Positions 39,448 to 50,927 of a stretch of 64,000 bases of DNA are shown piece after piece; within the stretch, counting starts at the first letter, position 1; each line of letters starts with the position of its first letter. The DNA is from Trichinella spiralis. Taxonomy: Eukaryota. The position numbers were made by a program, and so were the translations under genes. Under the pieces are notes generated by a model that was given only the letters and a program-made list of their open reading frames with translations, did not search any database and had not been told where the DNA came from. The stretch lies in NCBI RefSeq assembly GCF_000181795.1, contig NW_003526945.1:2608488-2672487 (forward strand). The letters run 5' to 3'.

Positions 39448-41482
39448 CAGCTGCTTTACTAAAATCAAAGACGCGAAATATTCAACCGATATCAGCCTCG
39501 ACTGCGTGATGATTTTCTTTTCTGCTAAATTATACGGTTGAATTCAAATTCTAGGTGGCGTTTCGGTCACAGCTGGAGGAGAAATGTGTTGTTATTGGTT
39601 GAATTTTGTTTACACGCAGTAAGCCGTTGAACCTTCGTCGGGAAAATGTTGCATGAATTGTTTACGATAAAATTATATACGAATTATGCAAGTTAGTTAG
39701 TTTTGTAAACTTGCAACTGTATTCTGTGGTGAAATGAACGAGATTGGGAAGGAAAATTTTTTTTAGAAAAGATAATTTTTATCTTGAACTATTTTATTGT
39801 AAAATATGAAACAAATTATAAAATCAATTTCGATCAACAGCTGTTCGATGCTTAGATCGTTCAACGAAACTGTCGACTGAAATTTGGTCGTCGCATAATG
39901 TTTGTTAGCACTGGATTAAAATAGCTCAGCCAACTTGTACAACACCCCGAACAACAAAAAACAAGCAACCGACCAATTTCAATCTGTCACTGAAATTCTT
40001 TTTATTTGAAAATTTGTTTTTTTTTATATTTCTTTTCGGGGAAAAACGATTTTCAATTAATATATTCCCTATTGCTGCTGGTGTTGTCAAATTTGAAAAT
40101 TCCACCCCAAGCCGAATGAACGTCACGCTTGTACGTTGAAAATGAAAAAGGAAAAAATTTTTTTGCACATTTATATATTGGAAAAAAAACTGTTTCTGTT
40201 TTTAAAAAAATATATATATTACGCGTGTTGATCAATCACCACCATATGAGGGATGATGTAGGATATTGCATTGTGAATTGAATTTTTCGGTGAAAGTTTG
40301 GTGAAAATTGTCTGCTAGCATAGAAACAGAAAAAGAGCACTTACCACAATTAATTTCAAACTAGAACTTAATCAAGCTGAAGAATTTTAAAGAATGAAAA
40401 AACAACTAGCTGTTTAGGTTAAAAAATTCGAAAAAGTGTTGAAGGTACATCAAGATATTGATCCGTAAGTACAATAAAACTGAGATGAAATTTTGCATCA
40501 AAAAATTTATTGAAAATATTTCAAATTTTCAACTTCAATAGTTGACTTGAAATGGAGTGTTTTTGCACTTTTTGAAAATTGACTTGAGCGTGAATATTGA
40601 GAAGTAAACAATTTTTGAATACAGTACCTCTGTGCTGTTTCGTCGATATCACGTGGTGTGGATCATTTTTCTTTTGTCAGATTTAATTTCAAAAAAAATA
40701 CTTGGAAACTTTGGAAATAAATAATAAAAAATGAATTTATTGAAATACAATATTCAGCTTTTACATAATACGAATCGCATTCGATTTATTCAAGTGACTG
40801 ATTGATTAATGAAAGCGATTGCTTCTTGTTTTTCATTTTCTCCATATAATTTATTGCTTTTAAATAAAGCACCTTCAAATTTCTCTTTTATTGTTACCGG
40901 TTGCCAATATTTTGTTCAGCTTCATCGTTCAAATGAATTAAACTTGATTTTTTAATAAGAATACTGTACTGAAAATATGAATACTATTTTATTAATTAAC
41001 AAGATTTATTCCATTTTTACTCAAGTATAATTTGTGAAATTTTCAACTTTTTTTTCATATCAATGAATTACATCAAATGATGCTTGCTGTCACGAAGTAT
41101 ATGATACATGTCGATGTATTATTATTGTATGTTCATTCAAAGCGTGGAAATATTAAATTTTAATTGAAAAGTTAACAATGGGAAAAAAATGTTTTTTTAT
41201 TCATGTCGTACAAATCTGAAAAGAAATTATCTGATCACAATACATTACGAAATACAGTAATCAAAATTAAGAAAATGTTCTAAACTTGCATATATATATA
41301 TATGCTTGTTGTTGAATGAGTAATAAATATTGAATAAGTTACGCTTCACTATATATACGTGTAATTTAAATTATAAAAAGTTTTTTCTGTAAAATAGTTT
41401 TTTCTGTAAGAATATCGTATTGAAGTGATTGCTTGTACTTGCATTTTAATAATAATAGTTAAAGAAAGTTGCGTGAAGCGGA

Positions 41483-43196
41483 ATGGAAGGCAACGACAAT
41501 TCTACCCTTGCTGAGATGGGTTTCCCACAACATCACATGTAAATTTTTTCCACTGGTTGAATTGATCTAAATTGTCCATTTTAGTGATCTGGCGCGTCAA
41601 ATCACTGGATCTTCTGATATTCAAGTTCTCTGCGACTGGTGCTCACAATATTGTTTTTCATCTTTTTCTTGAGTTCAATTTGTAAATTTTGCTCACATTC
41701 CAGGCTGATGGCGAACAGTTTAACTCTGGACGAAGCTGACAAAGGCGAAACTGCCGTCGAGCAGAAGTTGCTTGAAGAGATGAAAAGTATAGGTAGGCTC
41801 GTTGAAGTGTTTCAAATTTGCAAGCAACTTGGCTGAAGTGATTTGTTGATCACAGAGGATCGTCATCAGGTGGGTGATTTGGAAAAAATGGACTCGAAAC
41901 AAGCGAAAACTGAAGCTACTTTGGAGAACCAGCCGGAAAAGAAAGTCACTTACATGAAGTGCAACGAGTAATAGATGCTTGCAATTTTCATTAGCATCGA
42001 ATGGGAGTTTACTTTAAAATTATTTAATTTTTCTTTTTTTTTGGTAGTCTAATTTAAAAACGTATAAATTGCGTACAATGTTCAAGTATTTATGGTTGAT
42101 TTGTTTGTTTGCTTGTATTTTACAGTTGTGGTAGATTGTTGAGTTCGCAAAAGGCGATGAAGCAGCATTCGTTGGAATTCAAGCATTGCAACTTCAGTGA
42201 AGTTGAAGATGCCGTGGCGGAAGAGGAGAAGAAAAAAGCTACCCAAAAGTAGTTGTGGGTGATTTGTACATTTTTTGTAGCTGATCAGTTGTTTTTCAAT
42301 GTTGTCAGTCTTTACATACGAATGCAACAAATGGCCAAGCAGAGGGAGGAAAAAGAGCAACGCAAAGAGATTGAAGCGGAAAAGGAGCGTCGAAAAATGG
42401 GACTCGAAATGGCCGATTATCGACGACGGTGAATTATTTTCAATTGTTTAAAATTAATTTTAATAAATAAAAAAATATTTCTACACTTTTAGATTGGAAA
42501 TGGAAGAGATTAAACAAATGGTCAAGCAGAGAAAGCAGCAGAAGCACGACGATTATCTGGCCAAGTATGATGATAGATAGCATTTATTTTCAAGCTAGTC
42601 AAATTAATTTGTTGAATTTGTGTAGAAAGAAAATTTTGGATGAAATTCGAATGGACCGAGAAGCGCGACAATTGCAAAAGAGTGTATTTTTCTTTATTAT
42701 CTGTAGCATCTTTGACATTTCATTTTCGAAAATGAATATATAATTTAGAAAGCGGCTTCTGCTTCTGAGCCGTCGGCGTCATCGTCCGTGGGAAAAGAGG
42801 AAAAAGCTTCGATCGGTGATGATTTGGAGACATGCACATTGCAGGTAATTCCAATTTTTTGTATTTCAAAGAATATTTGCACTTTGTTTTGTATGATAAT
42901 TTGACAATGTTGTCAGTTTCGAATGCCGAATGGAAGCAAGGCTGTCAAAGAGTTCAAAAAGACTCAAACTTGGGCAGATGCCAAGTTGTTTGCGGATAAT
43001 TTTTTCGGAAGTGAACGTTTGGAATATTTTACAACATTTCCAACTCGATTTTTCAATGAAGAAGACAAGTCCAAAACGTTGTTGGATATGAGTAATCATA
43101 GTTATTTTATAATAATATTATCAGAATTATTACTGATTTTATTATTTAGAATTGCATCCAAGTGCAGTTATCCATGTTCGTTCTTTGAGTATGTAA
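41483..43196 (+). CDS. UBXN1: UBX domain protein 1-like (UBA, C2H2 zinc finger, coiled coil, UBX); p97/CDC-48 cofactor
   Basis: LAEMGFP...VLCDWLM (UBA), KCNECGRLL..MKQHSLEFKHCNFSE, E/K/R-rich coil, CTLQFRMPNGS...TTFPTRFF..TLLDM.LHPSAVI (UBX). Stop at 43194-43196. Confidence 0.85.
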
Positions 43197-44386
43197 TTTT
43201 TATCGGGAAAAGGGAAAAATCACCACTGTCACTGTATCACACGAGCATTGTTTATTTTTTAAGAAAATTCAAATACAGTACGCCTGATGGAATGAATTTG
43301 AAATTTAAGAAATTTTTTCCCAATTGATTGTTGCTCTGTGTGTGCTGGAATAAATTGGTGAAGCAAAAATTTTTATCCACTTAAACAACCGAAAGTCAAA
43401 ATTGTTTTATACAACGATACATGAAAACAACAATTCTGGTCAAAACAATTTTCTCCTATGCAATGCAAATTTACAATTATTTATCATTTAATATAAATTT
43501 GGAATATCGGAAAAGTTTTTTTTATAATTTTGAAAATTTAAGATCAAATTTATAAAATGTTGTTATATATAAACAGTTGGCTAAGTTGGCCAGTATAGGA
43601 TGCCGATTGAGCGCATTTGCTTTACAACTTTACGTTTTTATCTTCAACGTTTGCTGCTGTAATTGAACTTGTGAACTTCAATTTAAAACAATGTTCAAAA
43701 AGTGTTTGTTTGTTTGTTTGTTTCGAAAATGCTAGTTTGCACCTGTGGGTGTCAGTGCAACACTGCAACCAGTGAACATTTTTAATTAAAGTAACAATTG
43801 AAGGATTTAAATTTAAAAATCGAAATTGATGCCAATCCGAGTAGTACTGTATCACCGTGGTGACGGCAATCGGCATACTGTTTTCTTGTACTTTTGTACA
43901 CCAGTAACTTTTTTAACAAGAAATTACTTATGGGCGAAGAACATGCTTTTCCATTTGCAGAAATCAGATATTTTCAAATTTTATTTCAAAAAATATTTTT
44001 TTATTAATCAAATTGAATCGAGTAATCGACGATATTGCAATTCACGTTCTGTTACCTATATTCTTTGTGAGCGGTGTATTTTATGCAAAATTTCAACACA
44101 ATTGATAATTATTCGACGTGACGTATAACGGCACGCAACGAGCGGTTCGTACCGTAGTAGATGCTGATTGATAAGATTCGTCAATTTTATTGTTGAATGT
44201 CAGTCTTTGCTTGTCAACAATTTTCCAATGCTAATGCTAACGTAACTTTCAAACTGTGAGCAGATTTTTATTTAAAAAAAATAAGAAGAGAAGAATAGCA
44301 CTGCATTCCGTCTATTGCTGGTGCCATTTTAACTGCAACTTCTAATTCTGTATTCTGCAAAGCATAATTCATTGATCAAGTCGACA

Positions 44387-47300
44387 ATGTTTTCATTTTT
44401 GCCACCGCTTCTGGCAATCATTTGCTACAACACTTTCCTGGTAAACAGTATGCACAATTATTCCACGTTGACAATTGAACACTTTCGTCAGTTTCACAAA
44501 AGTCTCTGCTTTGTGCTTTCTTTTATTTGTTTTGTTTTTCATATCAATTTTACACTTCATCTTCAAATTGATTGCATTTATTTTTGCAGATCAAAAATGT
44601 GAATTAAATCTCTGTGAAAACGGTGGCTATTGCTTCTTCAACGAACACGGCAACGCCCAATGCGAGTGAGCTTTTCTTTTTCTTTCAAATTTTTCTGAAG
44701 CTTAACTTGAAGCATTTAACTTAACTGAACAAAATACCACGCTGTAATTTGTTTGTAACTTTGATATATTCTGTTGATCGTTGTATCACGTACATGTTCA
44801 TTTGTTTTAATATTTACTTATTAAACTTTCAGATGTACACCGGGATATGTTGGAAAACATTGCCAAACCGTAGACATTTGCATGTCAAATCCCTGTAAAA
44901 ATGGCGGAAGCTGTGTTTATCAGATCGAAGAAGACGAAATTGTTTCTTTCACTTGCCTTTGCCCTCTCGGTAAGCTATGAATAAAAATATATTGAAAAAT
45001 TATTTTTCAACAATTCAATTTAATATTAAATAATCAAAAACAATTTCAGGATTGACTTCAACATTTTGCGAAAATCCACTACCAAATGCTTGTGACTCTT
45101 TGCCATGCAAAAATGGAATCTGTCAACTGGAAACTTTGGACAGTTTTCATTGCCGTTGTGAATCAGGATACGAAGGTTTTTGCTTTGAATTACTCTTACT
45201 GTTATATATTCTGTTATTTCTGGTTTAGGTAAATTTTGTGAAAACTTCACTCGATGCAAATACAATTTGTGCAACAATGGTGGCCAGTGCATGGTTTTGC
45301 CCGATGGAACGTATCGTTGTGTTTGTCCAAAAGGATTTGCAGGTTCAACGTGTGAAAGTGATATTGACGAATGCACGCGAGATATTTGTGAACACGGCAA
45401 ATGCACGAACCTATTTGGAGATTATCAGTTATCGATTAGCATAGATGTTCCTGTTTATTTTGACAGTGTAGTGTTGTTGGTTGTTTTAGCTGTGCATGCG
45501 AGTCGGGTTTTGGTGGGAAAAATTGTGATCAAGTGCAACGTTCGTGCAGTCCGCTTTTGTGCAACAACAACGGCAACTGCGTCGAAACTGCTGCAAACTA
45601 CCGTTGCATTTGTTTTCCAGGTTTGTTGTCATGGGCTTTACAATGTAGAGTACAAATTTTCCGCCTGCGTTGTCTTCTTCTTCATCTTCACTTTTAGGAT
45701 TCACTGGAGTACACTGCGAAGTGGAACATTTCAATTGCCAACAAACTGTTTGCGAAAATGGAGGTATATGCGTGATTGCAAATGGTACAAGCAAGTGCTT
45801 GTGTACCGAACCGTATACAGGCGCCACTTGTGGAACAGGAATTGGCAGCTGCTTTTCCAATCCTTGTTACAATGGGGGAGTTTGTCACGAATTTAACGAC
45901 CATTTCACCTGCGCATGTCCAGCAGGTAAACTGTACCTTTTTCTGGGATAGTCTTGCATTTTTCACTTTTCCATTCTGCTTTTCAAGCATGACAGAGCAA
46001 AAATAGCTATAACATGTTTTATATCTTTCTTGTTTTTTTCACAACATTCCAAATTATCCAAAGAACAATAATGCTTTGTAGAAATTAATTTACTTATTTA
46101 TTGGTAAAAATTTTTCATCTCAATAATTTATTTCATTTAATTTATAAAAAAGTTTTTACAAAAATCATAACTTATAGCCTACGTTATATTATTTCTTTTT
46201 GAAAATATGAAAATGTACGGTTGAAATTTATTAATAATTTCAATTTTTTTCTAATTGCAATTTACTTCCAGGTATTACTGGAAAATATTGTGAAATCAGT
46301 TCGAATAGATGCTCTGCTGATATGTGCCTCAATGGTGGTACTTGTTTCAATCACAGTGACACATTCTTTTGCTCTTGTCCTGATGGAATTTTCGGCAGAC
46401 GTTGTCAATTTTATGAAGCAGGCGTTGAGCAGGTTGAATATGCAGATATTGTTATGGTTGTTCTCGTTGCACCTCGTACATTTATGAGCACACTGAGCGA
46501 ATTGTTGGCCATTATCAACAGCCACATGCATATCAACATTACACTGAAGAAAGATGAGCTGAATTTGCCGAAGGTTTATAGTTGGAATTCACAAAGTGGC
46601 TATGATAAAAATTCCAACGCAGTTCTTTTCAACAATACAGACGAGACGGAAAATAATAATTCGAAATTTTTAATTGCAAACCAAGCTGATGCAATATACG
46701 GAACTCTTGCTGTGATGACAATTAGCAGCAGTGCATGCACAAGAGAAAACAGCAAGTCCTGTGTTGCAAAATTTGCTGAAGTGATCAATCAATTGGCCAG
46801 TGATGCTCAATTTGACTATTTGAAGTCTCGTGTCAATTGGAAAATCAACACTGTAGATAGGAAGAAGAAATCAGAAATTTCAAATTTTCTGCCACTTATC
46901 GTGACTGTAATTTCAAGTTTGGTGTTACTTATTTTTTTTGGTCTGCTGATGTTACAACGAAAACGACTTCACGCTGCAACATGGCATCCACCGGTGGAAG
47001 AAGGGCCTGTAAATTTAAATACTACACTACGTTCCAATTACCTAACGCCGCTAGCTTCAGTGCTTCAAAAGTCCACCACTGACAAGAAAGCAACCAATGG
47101 TGCACAGAAAATTTTTCTAAAATCTAAACAAGACAGCTTCTGCGCAACTGATTCACAAACTGCAGACCAGGAGGAAAGATATGCCACATCGCGGGATACG
47201 TACAAATGGTCAGATTTGCACTTGTGCATAATTCATGGAGTGCTTGTTGATCCTGAAACTATCACGGACGACCAGGTGAACGCTTTGGGTCCTGATGATC

Positions 47301-48461
47301 AGACGCCGCTTATGGTGGCCGCCGAAAGATGTACCTCAGACGTGGAGTTGCAGTTCATGATTATGCTATTGAACGCAGGTGCCAAGATGGAAGCACAGAC
47401 AGAATTGCTCAAAGAAACAGCTTTGATTATAGCCATTCGTCATTCACGACTGCAGGCTGTGCTTGCTTTAATAAATTTTGGGTGCTCATTGGAGACGGCG
47501 GATGTTGATGGGAATACTGCTCTGCACCACGCTGTAATGACCAGAAATACTGAAATTCTGTGTGCACTTCTGGACAGTGAACTGTGCAATACTGAGACAA
47601 GAAATAATGACGGACAGACTCCATTTGTACTCAACGCAAAAGTGTGCGACGCTGTCGATACTGAAATTGCATTTCTACTTTTGTCAAGCGGCGCTAGCAT
47701 TGATAGCACAGATGACGAAGGTAAACTTTATTTGTTTCTTTTTCTTGTTTTTCAATACTGAATATTTCAGGTATGCACGCGGTACATTATGCAGCAATTA
47801 ATGGAAATATTCCATTGTTGGAATTACTTTTCCAAAGGTATACGAACATCAACCTAATGGATTGCTATGGACGCACAGCTTTATTTTTTGCTGTCAGAGA
47901 AAAGCACACCGAAGCAGTAGAATGGCTGTTGCAAGTCGGAGGTTATTTATCAATTTTTCATAATAAAATGCACGACAATTTTAAAAGCATGGCTGGACAA
48001 TATTGGTGAATTGAACAATATTGTAAAGTTATTTGACGATTGGAAACCTTTTTCAGGTACAATGTTGGAGATGCATGATCAGAAAATGACGCCAATGAGT
48101 AATGCAATGCGCAGCTGTGAATTACTCGACGTTTGTTGACAAAAGCTTTTTAGGTGTCTGCATTCCAATAGATGACGGCCATTATGCAACTATTACGTTT
48201 CCATCTGCGCCCGATGGAGACACATTCCAGTTTCCAGCAGTGCAACTAGATGATTTTCCAAATTTTTCTGACTCTCCGAAAGATGCATGTTGTACAGATC
48301 TCACAGAGGAACAGAGCTATCAGTTTCCGCATTCATCGTCCCACTTCGAGACACTACACACCGACACCACAGAGACGTTTATTCCAACGCAACAACAATA
48401 TTGGTCTTGGTGTTTTTCCAAAACTCCACCAGAGCATGATGAAGTGATTATGATTCTATAG
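44387..48461 (+). CDS. Notch/LIN-12/GLP-1 family receptor: signal peptide, 9 EGF repeats, HD (NOD/NODP), TM, RAM, ankyrin repeats, PEST-like tail; no LNR repeats
   Basis: EGF exons span 44590-46405. HD-N-like [30 protein letters not shown] and HD-C-like [39 protein letters not shown] followed by [65 protein letters not shown]. Predicted introns 47942-47987 and ~48057-48152 keep the frame to the stop at 48461. Confidence 0.9.
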
Positions 48462-49641
48462 TATGAAATTTCGTTTTAATACGTTTCGTTATACTAGCTT
48501 CGTTGCCTAGTTGTTCACGTTTGTTAAATCAAATATTTAAATCACCTATCTTGATAATTGAGCACTTTGAGTAGCAAAATTTGTTGAAGGCATCAAAATT
48601 TGATATTCTGAAGTTGGTATCCACAGTATTTATGCCAGTGGTATCTCGTAGCATAAATTTTTATTTCATGAAATACTTTCAGTAATATAATGAAAGTGAA
48701 GTCCAAAGCACATTAAGCAAAACTGAAGATTTCACTAAAGCGACAGTAAAGATAATGCAAAAAATGTTCACAGTTTCGTTTCATCTGAAATTCTAGTTTT
48801 AAAAAGTAATTTCAAATTTTGTTCGCACTAGAGATGCACTGTAGATGGATTTTATGATTAGCCATTGAAATGATGAAGATATACCATTTTCAATTTACTT
48901 TTTACGCAACACCTCAACAAATACACAAATAGGAACACTGCGGATAAGTGTACCATAGGGCAGTAACCGTATCGGATTGAGGAAAATGTATGCAAGCCAT
49001 TTTTGGAAAAAGAATTTCTCGAAAATTGCAAACCCACTTCGTGCGCCACAAACCACACTGTTTTCCAAAAATGGCCAAAATCTATTCTCAAAATTATTAC
49101 AGCTTTCGATAGGAAGACATTCATATTGAATAATAACAGCGTCATACAGAATTTCACAGCAAACTGTCCAGCAGATGCCCGCCAAAATTCATTAACACAT
49201 CAGTGTCTTATCGTATGTCGACTGTACGTTTGATATTTTCGAAAAACAATCATATCATTGAATTTTATGCTGTTCATGTTCTTAATTATTTATTGGGCAT
49301 CTCATTGATACCACACATGTCGTTGTTTGATCGCATTTTCGCTTAGTCCATCATAATGAAGTTACACTTATGCAAATGAGCTTTAAATCTTGTATTTTGT
49401 CAAAATAATTAATTTAAAAGGGTGAAAATGGAATAAATTAACAATTTATGAAAAACTAATGCGCCTACAGTTAGTATTTATTCTAATTTTTCGACATATC
49501 TCTACGTAGGTTAAGTACGACAAGAAGCGTGCTTCTGGGGAAGTAAAATGTATTAATGAATTCTTTCGTCATATATAGAAACAATATTGTACAAATATTA
49601 ATTACAGATACTATGAATTATTCTCAATTGATTATTTAATA

Positions 49642-50039
49642 AGATATTTGACAGAATTTCTTGTTTGTAAACGTATCATTGATTGAGAGAAATAATGCAA
49701 TATTAGATGAAATGTTAAATTCATTGTGTTCACTTCAATTAATTGTTATTTCTATATCGTTTGCAGTCAATAAAATTGCGTAATTAAAATTTTTTTAATT
49801 TAACGGATTCTGTATTACAAAAATGAACCTCAGGTACAAATGTTTAGAATCAGAAACATTTCCTGGGGTTATAGGTTAAAGTATTTGTATAAATATTGCT
49901 AAAATTGAATTGTATTCTATATTATCAACATCTCATGTTTCATTTCCTTTCCAGTTATTCCCACTAAAATCGCAATATCATGAAACTTTTTTGACATATC
50001 TCAACAAATTACGCATTTATAATCGTGCGACCAGGTTTG
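49642..50039 (+). repeat. Dispersed AT-rich repeat, copy 2
   Basis: Homologous to 31319-31722. Confidence 0.85.
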
Positions 50040-50121
50040 TAGTGATTATCTTATTTTTTTCTGATCGATGAAATCATTTTCTCAAAATTTAAATTTTCCG
50101 CTTTCAAAAAGCAGCTATAGC

Positions 50122-50191
50122 NNNNNNNNNNNNNNNNNNNNNNNNNNNNNNNNNNNNNNNNNNNNNNNNNNNNNNNNNNNNNNNNNNNNNN
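50122..50191. other. Assembly gap (other gaps at 23565-23574 and 31723-31732)
   Basis: Runs of N. Confidence 1.
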
Positions 50192-50240
50192 TGTAAGAAT
50201 AATAATGCATCAGATAAGATAGACAAACAGTAGTTGAATG

Positions 50241-50927
50241 AAAGCAACTTTGCCAGTGTTGCACTATAATGGTGACCCATTTTTTAACTTCATTAAGTTG
50301 TGTTTTTTTTTTGTTGTCCAATTAATAGCGTGGTCAAAGAAAAAGATATTTATTATCCCAAATAACAAAAATGGAATAACTATAACCAATATAATATTTA
50401 GAAAATTGCAAAACACAATTAATTATTGGATTTTAGGTTAAAATATGAAGAAAATTTAAATTCCCAGCAATCGGATAAAAATGAAATTAAAAACAATATT
50501 TGTCAAAATTAACTAAAAATGGTTTGGGGGGGAAAACCAGGTTTTTTCCAGTTTTTGCTACACTTTTTTGTTTTCAAATACTAATTCAAAGTAACTCTTC
50601 AACGTTTACACTTTAATGTTGAACAATTTTTTAACTTCATTAAGTATGTTTTTCTTTTGTTTGTCAATTAATAGCGTCGTCAAAGAAAAGATATTTATTA
50701 AATCAAATAACAAAATCGAATAACTATAAATAATTATAATATTTAAAAAATTTCAAAAACGCAATTAATTATTGATTTATAGTTAAAAGATGAAGAAAAT
50801 TTAAATTATACAGCAACCGATAAAATGAAGTAAAAACAATATCGAGTCAAAATAACTAAAATTGTTTTGGCGGGGAAAACAGGTTTTTCCAGTTTTTGGT
50901 ATACTTTTTTGACGTTAAATACTAATT
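50241..50927 (+). repeat. Tandem repeat, two diverged units of about 345 bp (50241-50587, 50588-50927)
   Basis: Both units contain TTTTTTAACTTCATTAAG, CAATTAATAGCGT(G/C)GTCAAAGAAAA, ATGAAGAAAATTTAAATT and CCAGTTTTTG..AAATACTAATT. Confidence 0.85.

Noticed and set aside
43591..43880. Imperfect inverted repeat (ATGCCGATTG / CAATCGGCAT) upstream of Notch, possible MITE
   Set aside because: Short, interrupted, and no target-site duplication.
47940..48010. Apparent premature stop or frameshift at the end of the Notch ankyrin region (ORF 47773-48009)
   Set aside because: A 46-nt GT-AG intron (47942-47987) restores [22 protein letters not shown], so no pseudogenisation needs to be invoked.
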